Of a stretch of DNA of 38,733 nucleotides, positions 16,984 through 28,036 are shown one piece after another. Location of the stretch: the IMG/VR virus record IMGVR_UViG_2698536454_000017; one strand, written 5' to 3'. Position numbers and translations under genes: made by a program. Position 1 is the stretch's first letter. Every line of letters starts with the position of its first letter. The stretch is from a virus. Its lineage: Duplodnaviria; Heunggongvirae; Uroviricota; Caudoviricetes. Under the pieces are notes generated by a model, which made no database searches, was not told the DNA's origin, and was given only the letters and a program-made list of their open reading frames with translations.

Positions 16984-17463
16984 ATGACCCAGCATATTGG
17001 CGTAAAACTGATTAACGCCTTTCCGATGACGAGACAGGCATATAACGATTTTCGTGGCTGGCAGCTTCCTGCCGGAGAAAACGGCGAGGACGAAGGCTAT
17101 CTGGTTGAATATCTGGATGGCGGGAAACCTAACACCGATCGCTTTGATGGCTACGTTAGCTGGAGTCCAAAAGAAGTATTCGAAAAGGCTTATCGTCCGG
17201 TATCAGGACTAAGTTTCGGCCTTGCCATGGAAGCGTTAAAACAGGGCAAAAGTTTGCAGCGGGCAGGATGGAATGGGAAAGACCAGTTTGTTTATCTCGT
17301 GAAAGGGGAAAAATTAGCGTCTGCGTTGGGTTATGGCTTTGGCGAATATGTTGGCGAGCCAACTTTCAATGACACGCTTGTATTGAAAAACTCACAGAAC
17401 CGCCTTGCTACATGGGTTCCATCCATTGGCGACCTGATGGCTGAAGACTGGCAAATCATTTAA
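16984..17463 (+). CDS. two-domain protein with C-terminal DUF2829-like (Tad2-like) domain
   Basis: C-terminal half LAMEALKQGKSLQRAGWNGKDQFVYLV ... DLMAEDWQII matches recalled DUF2829 signature; N-terminal 75 aa unassigned. Confidence 0.5.
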   Translation: MTQHIGVKLINAFPMTRQAYNDFRGWQLPAGENGEDEGYLVEYLDGGKPNTDRFDGYVSWSPKEVFEKAYRPVSGLSFGLAMEALKQGKSLQRAGWNGKDQFVYLVKGEKLASALGYGFGEYVGEPTFNDTLVLKNSQNRLATWVPSIGDLMAEDWQII

Positions 17464-17764
17464 CCATGTAGGCATTACAAAGCCTATCTACTGGTGGGCT
17501 TGATAATGAAACCGGATTTATTCTGGGTAACCAGTTACGGCAGTACAGCGAAACAACCCAAGCCAGAAAGTGGGGAAATAACACTGGCAGCCACTGAAAG
17601 ATGAACCTCCAGCCTTATGGCAAAAAAGATTCTTTGTGGTGGCGGACTGATGGAAAGACATCGGTTATTGCAGAGGCCATTCAATGAGTGGTCTCGACAA
17701 TGGCTTATACCCTACACGGGATAACTTAACTGATATCCCTTTTAACGGATAAACGGAGCCAACA

Positions 17765-18007
17765 ATGGCAGAGATTATTCCCATGACTGAAGAACAGAAA
17801 TTCCAGTTAGAGATTTACAAGCTGGTCATGAACCAGAACGCAGCCGCAGAGGAAGCATTTCAGTTCATTGGCACTGACGAACTGAAGCTTGAGCTATTCA
17901 AAATTCACTTCCAGTCAGGCGGCGCTAATTCAGATATCACGACCCGCACTATCGAAGCGGTGCGTAAATCGAAGGAAGCGTTAGACCTGTTCACCACCGG
18001 AGCATGA
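17765..18007 (+). CDS. hypothetical protein (80 aa)
   Basis: ATG with GGAG SD 8 nt upstream. Confidence 0.4.
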   Translation: MAEIIPMTEEQKFQLEIYKLVMNQNAAAEEAFQFIGTDELKLELFKIHFQSGGANSDITTRTIEAVRKSKEALDLFTTGA

Positions 18008-18205
18008 TGTGAGCCGCGTAATCAATTTGGGTAAGGAGAAGAAATTCCCAATTACTCAAGAGCTATACGAGAGGCTGGAAAGCGTCATCCATGATTACGA
18101 TGGTGAAATCAGTTTATGCGAGGCGATTGGCGCACTCGAATTGCTGAAGCAGTCACTGATTGAAAGCGCGAAAGAGTCATCAGCCTGAAATAACAAATAA
18201 GTGAG

Positions 18206-18700
18206 ATGAATATGGCGGCACCAAAGGGCAACCGATTTTGGGAGGCCCGCAGTAGTCATGGGCGAAACCCGAAATTCGAATCGCCTGAGGCGCTGTGGGC
18301 TGCTTGTTGTGAATACTTCGAGTGGGCTGATGATAACCCGCTATGGGAGGGTAAGGTATTTTCATATCAGGGAGAAATAATTAAGGCTAATGTCCCTAAG
18401 ATGCGAGCCATGACTATTTCAGGATTGTGCACCTTCCTTGATATCACCAGGCAAACATGGGGAACCTTCCGGTCAATGGAAGGTTTTTCTGACGTCACAT
18501 CACGAGCGGAAGACATCATCTACGACCAGAAATTCTCTGGAGCAGCCGCTGACCTTCTCAACGCTAACATCATCGCCCGTGATTTGGGCCTCAAAGAGCA
18601 GTCGCAAGTTGAAGACGTGACACCTGATAAGGGAGATCGCGATAAGCGACGCTCTCGTATCAAGGAGCTATTCAACCGTGGAACTGGACGCGATTCTTGA
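18206..18700 (+). CDS. terminase small subunit (P22 gp3-like)
   Basis: N-terminus [22 protein letters not shown] matches recalled P22 gp3; upstream of large terminase. Confidence 0.7.
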   Translation: MNMAAPKGNRFWEARSSHGRNPKFESPEALWAACCEYFEWADDNPLWEGKVFSYQGEIIKANVPKMRAMTISGLCTFLDITRQTWGTFRSMEGFSDVTSRAEDIIYDQKFSGAAADLLNANIIARDLGLKEQSQVEDVTPDKGDRDKRRSRIKELFNRGTGRDS

Positions 18701-20174
18701 TAACCTGAGCGACGAAGAGCAAATCGAGTTGCTCGAGCTACTCGAAGAAGAAGAGAACTACCGGAACACACACCTGCTATATGAATTTACGCCATACAGC
18801 AAACAGCGTGAGTTCATCGACGCCGGACATGACTATCCAGAGCGATGTTTTATGGCTGGTAACCAGCTTGGTAAGTCATTTACTGGTGCTGCTGAAGTCG
18901 CGTTTCACCTTACTGGGCGTTATCCGGGAACAAAAGGCTATCCGGCTGATGGTAAATATGGCGGGGAGTGGAAAGGTAAGCGTTTCTATGAGCCTGTTGT
19001 CTTCTGGATTGGTGGAGAGACAAACGAGACTGTAACCAAAACGACTCAACGCATCCTGTGCGGTCGTATCGAAGAGAATGATGAGCCTGGCTACGGTTCC
19101 ATACCGAAAGAAGACATCATTAGCTGGAAGAAGTCTCCTTTCTTTCCGAACCTTGTTGATCATCTTCTGGTTAAGCATCACACGGCTGATGGCGTTGAAG
19201 ATGGCATTTCAATCTGCTACTTCAAACCATACTCGCAAGGCCGTGCTCGCTGGCAGGGTGACACAATCCACGGCGTGTGGTTTGACGAAGAACCACCATA
19301 CAGCATTTATGGCGAAGGGCTTACCCGTACCAACAAATACGGGCAATTCTCAATTCTGACGTTTACCCCGCTGATGGGGATGTCTGACGTTGTTACCAAG
19401 TTCCTGAAGAATCCCAGCAAGTCGCAGAAAGTGGTCAACATGACCATCTACGACGCTGAGCACTACACCGACGAGCAGAAAGAGCAAATCATCGCATCCT
19501 ATCCCGAGCATGAGAGAGAGGCGCGTGCTCGCGGTATTCCTACGATGGGTAGTGGTCGAATCTTCCAGATACCGGAAGAGACGATTAAGTGTCAGCCGTT
19601 CGAGTGTCCTGATCACTTCTACGTCATCAATGCAATGGACTTCGGATGGGATCACCCACAGGCACATATCCAGCTTTGGTGGGATAAAGACGAGGACGTG
19701 ATTTATCTTTCTCGCGTCTGGAAGGCCAAACAGAAGAAGGCGACAGAGGCATGGAGTGCTGTTAAAGCATGGAGCAAAAACACCCCTACGGCTTGGCCTC
19801 ATGACGGGCATCAGCACGAAAAGGGAGGCGGCGCTCAGCTCAAGGAACAATACGCCGAAGCTGGGTTCGACATGTTGCCAGATCATGCAACATGGCCTGA
19901 TGGAGGTAATGCGGTCGAACCCGGGATAGCAGAGATACGCGACATGATGCTCGACGGTCGTTTCAAGGTATTTAACACCTGCGAGCCATTCTTTGAAGAG
20001 TTTCGTCTGTATCACCGCGATGAGAACGGGAAGATCGTCAAGCTAAATGACGACATCCTTTCTGCTGTTCGCTATGGCTACATGATGAGGCGTTTTGCAA
20101 TACAGATGCGAGACATCAAAGATCCTAAAGAGATTGATTACTCAAGCTACAACATACCTTGCGGAGTTGGATGA
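18678..20174 (+). CDS. terminase large subunit (P22 gp2-like), 498 aa
   Basis: Walker A GNQLGKS, nuclease-domain acidic residues, size and position; GTG start. Confidence 0.9.
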   Translation: MELDAILDNLSDEEQIELLELLEEEENYRNTHLLYEFTPYSKQREFIDAGHDYPERCFMAGNQLGKSFTGAAEVAFHLTGRYPGTKGYPADGKYGGEWKGKRFYEPVVFWIGGETNETVTKTTQRILCGRIEENDEPGYGSIPKEDIISWKKSPFFPNLVDHLLVKHHTADGVEDGISICYFKPYSQGRARWQGDTIHGVWFDEEPPYSIYGEGLTRTNKYGQFSILTFTPLMGMSDVVTKFLKNPSKSQKVVNMTIYDAEHYTDEQKEQIIASYPEHEREARARGIPTMGSGRIFQIPEETIKCQPFECPDHFYVINAMDFGWDHPQAHIQLWWDKDEDVIYLSRVWKAKQKKATEAWSAVKAWSKNTPTAWPHDGHQHEKGGGAQLKEQYAEAGFDMLPDHATWPDGGNAVEPGIAEIRDMMLDGRFKVFNTCEPFFEEFRLYHRDENGKIVKLNDDILSAVRYGYMMRRFAIQMRDIKDPKEIDYSSYNIPCGVG

Positions 20175-22375
20175 TGGCTGATGATAGAAAGATGACTGAC
20201 TGGCATCGCAAGGTGCTGTGCAACTTTGATAATGCCTGGTCAGCAACGCAGGATATGCGAGAGCAGATTATTGAGGCTCAACGTTTCGTCCGGGTGTCCG
20301 GCGCACAGTGGGAAGGCAGCACAAACGCTGGTTACTCATTTGATGAAGGCAGGTTTGAGCATTACCCGCGCTTTGAACTGAATAAGATTGCCCGTGAATG
20401 TGATCGCATCATTGGCGAGTATCGACAGAATCGCATCAGCGTTAAATTCAGGCCGAAGGACGATAAGGCATCGGAAGCGTTAGCCGAAAAGATGAACGGC
20501 AAATTCCGCGCTGACTATCAGGAAACATCCGGTGGTGAAGCGTGTGATAACGCATTTGATGATGCTGTAACGGGCGGATTCGGTTGTTTCCGCATGTGTG
20601 CCGATTACGAAGATGAAATGGATCCGAGTAACGAGCAGCGACGCATCAGCCTTCTTCCTGTTTACGACCCAGCGACATGCGTCTTCTTCGATCAGGACAG
20701 CAAGCAATATGACCGCTCTGATGCTATGTGGGCTGTGGAAATGTTCTCCATGACGCCTAAAGCGTTCGAGGCTGAGTACCCTGACTCCATCGCGGCAAGT
20801 CTTTCTCGTGATGACACTGGTACTCAGTATGACTGGTCAACGCCTGATGCCATCTATGTTGGACGCTACTACGAAGTTCGCATAGAGAAGGTGAAGCTCA
20901 CGGCGTGGCGCAATCCTGTCAGCGGAGAAACGGCAATCTATGATGAAGAGCAAATCAAAGATATTGTCGACGAGCTAACCGATGGCGCATTCGAACTGAT
21001 TGGTGAGCGAACTGTGAAGAAACGCCGCATTTATTGCGGCCTTCTGTCTGGCGCTGAATGGCTGGAAGAACCGAAGCGTATTCCGGGCGAACATATTCCA
21101 CTCATCCCGGTATATGGGCGTCGCTCATTTGTTGATAATCAGGAGCGAATCGAAGGCCACGCAGCAAAAGCGATGGATGCACAGCGTCTTGAGAACCTGA
21201 TGGTTTCCATGATTGCAGATAACGCTACTCAGGCTGGCGGTGATGGCATTCCTGTAGTTGATGTTGACATGATTCCTGGTCCTCTCGCCACTCATTGGGC
21301 GGAGCGCAACAAAAAGCGCCCGGCGTTCCTGCCGATGGTCAGTCTGAAAAACAAAAACGGCGATATTACTGCGCAGGCTCAGGTAAGTAGTTATACACCT
21401 CCGACACAAATGCCTCCTGCTCTTGCTGGGCTATTGCAGTACACCGGAACGGCTATTCAGCAAATTACAGGTGCGTCGCAGATTGAGAACATGCCGAGCA
21501 ACGTCGCCACCGATACCGTTGATAGCATCTTTAACCGGATGGATACGCAGTCCTATATCTACATGGACAACATGGCTAAATCCATGCGTCGCGCTGGCGT
21601 CGTGTGGCTTTCTATGGCACGTGAGGTCTATGGCAGTGATACGCCGATGCGTATCGTTAATGAGGACGGCAGCGATGACGTGGCGCTGATGACTGGTGAA
21701 GTGGTTGACCGTCAGACAGGCCAGGTTATCGCTCTTAATGACCTTTCGCAGGGCAACTATGAAGTGACTGTCGATGTCGGTCAGTCGTTCGCTACTCGCC
21801 GTGATGCAACGGTTAAGTCGTTACTTTCCATGCTGGCACTTATCCCACCAGGAACGCCGAAGCACGACCTTGTATCGTCGATGATTCTCGACAATATGGA
21901 CGGCGAAGGGATGGACGACCTTAAAGAATACAACCGCAATCAGTTGCTTCTGTCTGGCGTTATCAAGCCGAGAACGCCTGAAGAACAGCAGATGGTTGAA
22001 CAGGCGAAACAACAACAGGCCAGTCAGCCAGATCCGGCTATGGTTGCAGCGCAAGGTCAGCTTCTTGCTGGTCAGGCTGAATTGCAGAAAGCGCAGAACG
22101 AACAGGCAGCCATTCAGGTTAAAGCATTCCAGGCACAGACTGATGCTCAGGTTGCAGCGGCAAATGTTGTGAAAATACTCGCATCTGCCGATAGTCAGCA
22201 GAAATCTGATATCCGCGAGGCTCTGAAACTGCTCGGACAGTTCCAGCAACAGCAAGGAGATAATGCCCGTGCTGATGCAGAGCTTGTCCTGAAAAGTCAG
22301 GCACAGGGCCATGCGCAGCGCATGGACATCAGCAGCATCCTGCAAAAATCAACTCAGCAACAACCACAGCAGTAA
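20171..22375 (+). CDS. portal protein (P22 gp1-like with long C-terminal helical barrel)
   Basis: About 735 aa; conserved core (PGEHIPLIPVYG) and Q/A-rich C-terminus like P22 portal; ATG 20171 overlaps terminase stop. Confidence 0.9.
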   Translation: MMADDRKMTDWHRKVLCNFDNAWSATQDMREQIIEAQRFVRVSGAQWEGSTNAGYSFDEGRFEHYPRFELNKIARECDRIIGEYRQNRISVKFRPKDDKASEALAEKMNGKFRADYQETSGGEACDNAFDDAVTGGFGCFRMCADYEDEMDPSNEQRRISLLPVYDPATCVFFDQDSKQYDRSDAMWAVEMFSMTPKAFEAEYPDSIAASLSRDDTGTQYDWSTPDAIYVGRYYEVRIEKVKLTAWRNPVSGETAIYDEEQIKDIVDELTDGAFELIGERTVKKRRIYCGLLSGAEWLEEPKRIPGEHIPLIPVYGRRSFVDNQERIEGHAAKAMDAQRLENLMVSMIADNATQAGGDGIPVVDVDMIPGPLATHWAERNKKRPAFLPMVSLKNKNGDITAQAQVSSYTPPTQMPPALAGLLQYTGTAIQQITGASQIENMPSNVATDTVDSIFNRMDTQSYIYMDNMAKSMRRAGVVWLSMAREVYGSDTPMRIVNEDGSDDVALMTGEVVDRQTGQVIALNDLSQGNYEVTVDVGQSFATRRDATVKSLLSMLALIPPGTPKHDLVSSMILDNMDGEGMDDLKEYNRNQLLLSGVIKPRTPEEQQMVEQAKQQQASQPDPAMVAAQGQLLAGQAELQKAQNEQAAIQVKAFQAQTDAQVAAANVVKILASADSQQKSDIREALKLLGQFQQQQGDNARADAELVLKSQAQGHAQRMDISSILQKSTQQQPQQ

Positions 22376-22465
22376 TTAACCCATAACGTGCAATGGCTGT
22401 CTTTATGAGGCCTGGCACCCTATTGCCTTCCGATGGGCTGAACATCGAGTAAACAGGGGTAACAA

Positions 22466-23359
22466 ATGGACCAGATGGCAGAAAACACACCAGAAGTTGA
22501 AATCGAAACCGACGCGTCAGAGCAGATTCCTGATGATGTCGAACTGGCTGAAGAAGTCGAAACAGAAGATGGCAGTGAGTCCTCCGGCAATGATACAGAG
22601 GAAGCTACTGAAACTGATGACGACGAATCAGAGCAGGAATTCTACTTTGGTGACGAAAAGCTGGATTCGCCAACCAGCGAAGATGGCGCAGAGCATGGAC
22701 TGGTAAAACACCTGCGCAAGACGATTAAAGAGAAAGACCGCGAACTGAAAGAGCTGATGCGTCAGTCTCAGAAACCCGTCGAGCAGCAGCCGGTAATCAC
22801 TCAACCACCGCGAATGCCAAAACTGGATGATGAGGACATCGGTTTCGATGAAGAAATCTACCAGCAACGCATGGCTAAGTGGGCGGAGGACAACGGCAAA
22901 TACCAGCAACAGGAGATGGCTCGCAAGCAGAAGGAGCAGGAGCTTCAGGCTGCCTATCAAGAGCGATTATCCAAATATCAGCAACGTGTTAAGGCTCTCA
23001 AGGTTCCTGGCTATCAGGAAGCTGAACAGGCCGTACTCGAGGAAATCCCCATCGAGACACAAAACGCGATCCTGTTTGAGTCAGAGAAGCCGGAAATCGT
23101 TGTTCTGGCACTCGGTCGCAACGCTGAACTGCGCAAGCAACTGGCAGAAGCTACCAACCCCGTAGCAATTGGTCGTCTGCTGGAACGTATCGAATCGAAG
23201 GCCAGAATCATGCCAAAAGCAAAAACCACGGCAGCCACAACCCCGACAGTTAAGGGGAGCAACGGCGCAGTAATCAATAACCTCGACAAACTGAAAGCCA
23301 GGGCGCTGGAAACTGGTGACTGGACGCCGTATTTCGCCGCTAAAAAGGCAAAAAAATAA
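22466..23359 (+). CDS. scaffolding protein (P22 gp8-like)
   Basis: 297 aa acidic, helical/coiled-coil protein between portal and coat. Confidence 0.75.
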   Translation: MDQMAENTPEVEIETDASEQIPDDVELAEEVETEDGSESSGNDTEEATETDDDESEQEFYFGDEKLDSPTSEDGAEHGLVKHLRKTIKEKDRELKELMRQSQKPVEQQPVITQPPRMPKLDDEDIGFDEEIYQQRMAKWAEDNGKYQQQEMARKQKEQELQAAYQERLSKYQQRVKALKVPGYQEAEQAVLEEIPIETQNAILFESEKPEIVVLALGRNAELRKQLAEATNPVAIGRLLERIESKARIMPKAKTTAATTPTVKGSNGAVINNLDKLKARALETGDWTPYFAAKKAKK

Positions 23360-23377
23360 CCTATCGGAGCATTAAGC

Positions 23378-24631
23378 ATGGCTAACCAATTAGCAAAAGA
23401 CCTTGAAATCATGTTCGAAAACTACGTTGAAGGCTTTGAGGCCGCCTGCGTAGTTTCCCGTAACGCTAAAAAATTCCGTCCCGGTGATACAGCAATGCAG
23501 CGAGCAGGTGATGTTCTGTATCGTCCGCAGCATTACCACATGAACATTGAGGAAGGCCTCGACCTCAGCAGCAAAACGCCAACAGCACTGGTTCAGCGTC
23601 TTGTTCCTTCAGTGTTCAAGGAGCCGAAAAACATTCTGTACACTCTGGATGCGCGTGAAATGCGTGACCCTGAGCATAAAACTGAAGCTGGTCGCGCCGC
23701 AGGTATGCGCCTTGCTGCACAGATTGACTCTGACCTGATTTCCATGGTCACGCAGCGTGCTACTAACGTGATCACAATGGCTGACTCAAGCACTGGTTCA
23801 CAGGGCCGTGATTTGTGGAACTGTGCGGCAGGTATTGATGCCACCATGACGGCGATTGGTGTACCACAGGGTATCAACCGCCGCTCTTTCTGGAACCCCT
23901 TCAACTACAAAGACCTTGCTGGCGAGCTTGGTCACCGAGCCTACGCTCAGGGCGCAACCCTGACAGCATACGAAAAAGCGCAAATCCCTCCGGTTGCTTC
24001 CTTTGATAGCTACAAGACCGATATTTCTGGTCGATTACCGAAAGGAAGCACTGAATCCTTGACAGTATCAGGCCAACCTGAACACAAGGTTGAAGCGAAA
24101 GATTCAAATGGTATGCCAGTTGATAACCGACAGGGGACTATTACGGTATCTGCATCTGGCTTGCAGGTTGGTGATGCGTTCACCATTGCCGGTGTGAATT
24201 CCGTACACCAGATCACAAAAGATACCACCGGTCAACCGCAGGTATTCCGTGTTCTGGCTGTTAGCGGAACTACCGTAACAATTTCTCCAAAGATTCTCCC
24301 TGTTGAAAATACTGATGTTGCGAGTCGTCCATATGCAAACGTCGATGCCAAACCGGCAGAATCAGCAGCAATCACCATTCTCAACAAGAACGCAGCACCT
24401 GCTAACCTGTTCTGGGCTGATGGTTCTGTTGAGCTGATGTACGGCAAACTGGCGTTCCCGACTGGTCAGGGTCCACAGGTAATGACAGCAACCACCGAGC
24501 AGGGCGCTACGCTGATCATGTCTTACGCCTTCGACCACATCAAAGGCGTAACCACTGCTCGTTTCACCACTCTGTACGGTTGCTCTGTACTTGTTCCTGA
24601 ATATACGGGCATCGTTATTGCCGGGCAGTAA
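23378..24631 (+). CDS. major coat protein (P22 gp5-like)
   Basis: 417 aa; position and FWADGSVEL-type segments like P22 coat. Confidence 0.85.
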   Translation: MANQLAKDLEIMFENYVEGFEAACVVSRNAKKFRPGDTAMQRAGDVLYRPQHYHMNIEEGLDLSSKTPTALVQRLVPSVFKEPKNILYTLDAREMRDPEHKTEAGRAAGMRLAAQIDSDLISMVTQRATNVITMADSSTGSQGRDLWNCAAGIDATMTAIGVPQGINRRSFWNPFNYKDLAGELGHRAYAQGATLTAYEKAQIPPVASFDSYKTDISGRLPKGSTESLTVSGQPEHKVEAKDSNGMPVDNRQGTITVSASGLQVGDAFTIAGVNSVHQITKDTTGQPQVFRVLAVSGTTVTISPKILPVENTDVASRPYANVDAKPAESAAITILNKNAAPANLFWADGSVELMYGKLAFPTGQGPQVMTATTEQGATLIMSYAFDHIKGVTTARFTTLYGCSVLVPEYTGIVIAGQ

Positions 24632-24637
24632 TTTTGG

Positions 24638-24659
24638 TGGGGCTTCGGCCCCATTTTTA
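24638..24659 (+). terminator. rho-independent terminator after coat gene
   Basis: TGGGGC-TTCG-GCCCCA then TTTTTAT. Confidence 0.5.
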
Positions 24660-24672
24660 TTGGGAGAAGACA

Positions 24673-24861
24673 ATGGCACGAACAATGCTCTATAAACCTG
24701 GCAACATGATCACCTGTGGTCAGTTTGCTGTCGATTACATCATTGTTGATGACGAAGAAGTTAAATCTCACCTGAAAAAAGGCTGGGTAAAAACTCCTGA
24801 AGAAACCGCAACGAAGCAAAAAGTGGCTAAGGCGGAAGAAGATGGCGAAAACGAAGGGTGA
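24673..24861 (+). CDS. small hypothetical protein (62 aa)
   Basis: ATG 24673 with GGGAG SD 6 nt upstream. Confidence 0.4.
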   Translation: MARTMLYKPGNMITCGQFAVDYIIVDDEEVKSHLKKGWVKTPEETATKQKVAKAEEDGENEG

Positions 24862-25303
24862 TCTCGTTCTTAAGGCTTTACGAAAAGCCGGGCTGTATTC
24901 CAATGCCACGTTGACAGATGCCGACCCTCAGGCAATTGAAGATGCCATTAATGACCTCGAAGACATGATGGCAGCATGGCAGGCGAAAGGTATCGAGCTT
25001 GGATATCAGTTTGCGGATACAGAAAACGGCATCATGCCGTTACCTGACGATGATTCAGGTATCCCTGCATGGGCAAATGATGGCGTCGCTTTGAAGCTCG
25101 CTGTGCAAGTGTGCATGGATAACGTCATTCAGCCGTCAGACGCTCTCCTTACCGCTGCTGACAGTGCATATCAGACAATCTGCATCGCTTTAACCAAAAT
25201 ACCACCACTTGAGCGGCGAAATGACATGCCTCGCGGTAGTGGTAACAAAAGCGCGTTTACGTGGAATCGGTTTTACATCGAGAAAGATGATCCGAGTACG
25301 TGA
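24842..25303 (+). CDS. head-completion / tail accessory protein (P22 gp4-like)
   Basis: Synteny after coat; size 153 aa. Confidence 0.6.
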   Translation: MAKTKGDLVLKALRKAGLYSNATLTDADPQAIEDAINDLEDMMAAWQAKGIELGYQFADTENGIMPLPDDDSGIPAWANDGVALKLAVQVCMDNVIQPSDALLTAADSAYQTICIALTKIPPLERRNDMPRGSGNKSAFTWNRFYIEKDDPST

Positions 25304-25312
25304 GGTGAATAA

Positions 25313-26731
25313 ATGCCGATTCAGCAACTTCCGCTCATGAAAGGTGTCGGCAAAGACTTCCGAAATGCCGACTATATCGACTATCTGCCAGTGAATATGC
25401 TGGCTACACCCAAAGAAATCCTGAACAGCAGCGGATATCTTCGCTCATTCCCGGGCATTGCCAAACGTTCTGATGTGAACGGTATATCGCGCGGCGTCGA
25501 GTACAACATGGCGCAGAGTGCTGTTTATCGCGTGTGTGGTGGCAAGCTGTATAAGGGCGAAAGTGAAGTCGGTGATGTTGCCGGAAGTGGTCGTGTATCA
25601 ATGGCGCATGGTCGGACATCTCAGGCGGTAGGCGTTAATGGTCAACTGGTCGAGTATCGCTATGATGGCACGGTTAAAACCGTCTCAAACTGGCCTGCAG
25701 ACAGCGGATTTACGCAGTATGAGTTAGGTTCAGTCCGCGACATTACACGCTTACGTGGGCGTTATGCGTGGTCAAAAGACGGTACTGATTCATGGTTTAT
25801 CACTGACCTTGAAGACGAATCGCATCCTGACCGTTACAGCGCACAATATCGCGCAGAATCGCAGCCGGACGGCATCATCGGTATCGGGACATGGCGAGAC
25901 TTCATCGTCTGCTTTGGTTCATCGACGATTGAGTATTTTTCCCTGACTGGTGCAACCACCGTTGGTGCTGCTTTGTATGTCGCCCAGCCATCGCTGATGG
26001 TGCAGAAAGGCATTGCCGGAACTTACTGCAAAACGCCGTTTGCTGATTCCTATGCGTTTATCAGCAATCCGGCAACGGGTGCGCCGTCTGTATACATCAT
26101 CGGATCAGGTCAGGTATCACCAATCGCCAGCGCGAGCATTGAGAAAATCCTCCGCTCCTACACTGCTGATGAACTGGCTGATGGTGTGATGGAATCGCTG
26201 CGATTTGATGCTCATGAGTTGCTGATTATCCACCTTCCGCGCCATGTTCTCGTGTACGACGCATCTTCAAGCGCCAATGGTCCGCAATGGTGTGTACTGA
26301 AAACAGGTCTGTATGACGATGTGTACCGCGCTATCGACTTCATTTACGAAGGCAATCAGATAACGTGCGGCGATAAGCTGGAATCTGTTACCGGCAAATT
26401 GCAGTTCGATATCAGCAGCCAGTATGGGCTACAGCAAGAACACCTGTTGTTTACACCACTCTTCAAAGCTGAGAACGCCAGATGTTTTGATCTGGAAGTT
26501 GAATCATCGACTGGTGTCGCTCAGTACGCTGACCGCCTGTTCCTCTCTGCAACCACTGACGGCATCAACTGGGGACGTGAGCAGATGATTGAGCAGAATG
26601 AACCGTTCGTTTACGACAAGCGCGTTTTGTGGAAGCGTGTCGGGCGAATCAGGAAAAATGTCGGCTTCAAATTGCGCGTTATCACGAAGTCACCTGTCAC
26701 TCTGTCTGGCTGCCAGATAAGGATTGAGTAA
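25313..26731 (+). CDS. tail accessory protein (P22 gp10-like), 472 aa
   Basis: Synteny and identical length to recalled P22 gp10. Confidence 0.7.
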   Translation: MPIQQLPLMKGVGKDFRNADYIDYLPVNMLATPKEILNSSGYLRSFPGIAKRSDVNGISRGVEYNMAQSAVYRVCGGKLYKGESEVGDVAGSGRVSMAHGRTSQAVGVNGQLVEYRYDGTVKTVSNWPADSGFTQYELGSVRDITRLRGRYAWSKDGTDSWFITDLEDESHPDRYSAQYRAESQPDGIIGIGTWRDFIVCFGSSTIEYFSLTGATTVGAALYVAQPSLMVQKGIAGTYCKTPFADSYAFISNPATGAPSVYIIGSGQVSPIASASIEKILRSYTADELADGVMESLRFDAHELLIIHLPRHVLVYDASSSANGPQWCVLKTGLYDDVYRAIDFIYEGNQITCGDKLESVTGKLQFDISSQYGLQQEHLLFTPLFKAENARCFDLEVESSTGVAQYADRLFLSATTDGINWGREQMIEQNEPFVYDKRVLWKRVGRIRKNVGFKLRVITKSPVTLSGCQIRIE

Positions 26732-27579
26732 TGGCGGATTCATCACTGAATGATCCTGTCGCGGTTCAGGCTGCGCGCCTTGATGCTTCAATTTTGCCAC
26801 GCAATATATTCAGCCAGTCTTACCTGCTGTATGTCATAAATCAGGGTGCTGATGTTGGCGCAATTGCCGGGAAGGCAAATCAGGCTGGTCAGGGCGCTTA
26901 TGACGCGCAGGTAAGGAACGATGAGCAGGATGTGATTCTCGCTGACCATGAGCAGCGAATTTCTGCTGCGGAAGCAACGCTTGTTAATCATGAGGAGCGA
27001 ATCAGCCAGGCAGAATCAACTCTTCAGGAACATGAAACACGAATCACTAAGAATGAAAGCGATATTGCGTCGCTTGATACCAGAGTTCAGTCGCTGGAAT
27101 CGCAGGTTTCAGACCATGAAACGCGCATTGATGCTCTGGAGTATGCAACCACACGCAAGAAGTCAGAGGTTGTTTACTCTGGCGTATCTGTAACCATCCC
27201 GACAGCGCCGACCAACCTTGTTAGCCTGCTGAAAACGCTCACGCCGTCATCCGGCACGTTGGCACCATTCTTCGACACCGTTAACAACAAGATGGTTGTG
27301 TTCAACGAGAACAAAACCTTGTTCTTCAAGCTGTCGATCGTCGGGACGTGGCCCAGCGGAACCGCCAACAGGTCAATGCAACTAACATTTTCCGGCTCTG
27401 TTCCTGACACACTGGTAAGCAGTCGCAACTCGGCGACAACGACCGATAACATCCTGTTAGCTACGTTCTTCAGCGTGGATAAAGACGGATTTCTTGCCAC
27501 AAATGGCAGTACGTTAACCATTCAGTCGAATGGTGCGGCGTTTACTGCCACAACCATCAAGATAATCGCGGAGCAGTGA
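26731..27579 (+). CDS. tail needle (P22 gp26-like) with extended C-terminal knob
   Basis: N-terminus [68 protein letters not shown] matches recalled gp26; heptad-repeat coiled coil; 282 aa versus 233 in P22. Confidence 0.8.
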   Translation: MADSSLNDPVAVQAARLDASILPRNIFSQSYLLYVINQGADVGAIAGKANQAGQGAYDAQVRNDEQDVILADHEQRISAAEATLVNHEERISQAESTLQEHETRITKNESDIASLDTRVQSLESQVSDHETRIDALEYATTRKKSEVVYSGVSVTIPTAPTNLVSLLKTLTPSSGTLAPFFDTVNNKMVVFNENKTLFFKLSIVGTWPSGTANRSMQLTFSGSVPDTLVSSRNSATTTDNILLATFFSVDKDGFLATNGSTLTIQSNGAAFTATTIKIIAEQ

Positions 27580-28034
27580 TGATTCAGTTCAAACCAACGC
27601 GAAACATCGACCTGATAGAAGCCGTGGGAAATCACCCCGACATTATCGCCGGGAGCAACAACGGTGATGGATACGACTACAAGCCTGAATGCCGTTACTT
27701 CGAGGTGAACGTGCACGGGCAGTTCGGCGGCATTGTTTACTATCAGGAGATTCAGCCTTTGACCTTTGATTGCCACGCCATGTACCTGCCAGAGGTTCGT
27801 GGATTCAGCAAGGAAATCGGGCTGGCGTTCTGGCGATACATTCTGACTAACACCACCGTTCAGTGCGTCACATCGTTCGCTGCGCGCAAATTCCGCCACG
27901 GTCAGATGTACTGCGCAATGATTGGCCTTAAGCGTGTAGGAACCATCAAGAAATACTTCAAAGGCGTGGATGACGTGACGTTTTACAGCGCAACACGCGA
28001 AGAACTAATCGACTTCCTGAATCACGGGAGATAG
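27579..28034 (+). CDS. P22 gp14-like assembly/ejection-associated protein
   Basis: Synteny (needle, 14, 7, 20, 16); ATG 27579 overlapping needle stop. Confidence 0.5.
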   Translation: MIQFKPTRNIDLIEAVGNHPDIIAGSNNGDGYDYKPECRYFEVNVHGQFGGIVYYQEIQPLTFDCHAMYLPEVRGFSKEIGLAFWRYILTNTTVQCVTSFAARKFRHGQMYCAMIGLKRVGTIKKYFKGVDDVTFYSATREELIDFLNHGR

Positions 28035-28036
28035 CC

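Noticed and set aside
17464-17764. 300-bp gap with two overlapping mini-ORFs (about 28-32 codons)
   Set aside because: No convincing SD or recognisable motifs; left unannotated.
18009-18185. GTG-initiated 58-codon ORF between the 80-aa gene and terminase small subunit
   Set aside because: Non-ATG start with no SD; insufficient support.
19350-22345. Long minus-strand ORFs 19350..20015 (221 aa) and 21821..22345 (174 aa)
   Set aside because: Embedded antisense within terminase large subunit and portal genes; Leu/Arg-rich low-complexity translations typical of antisense frames.
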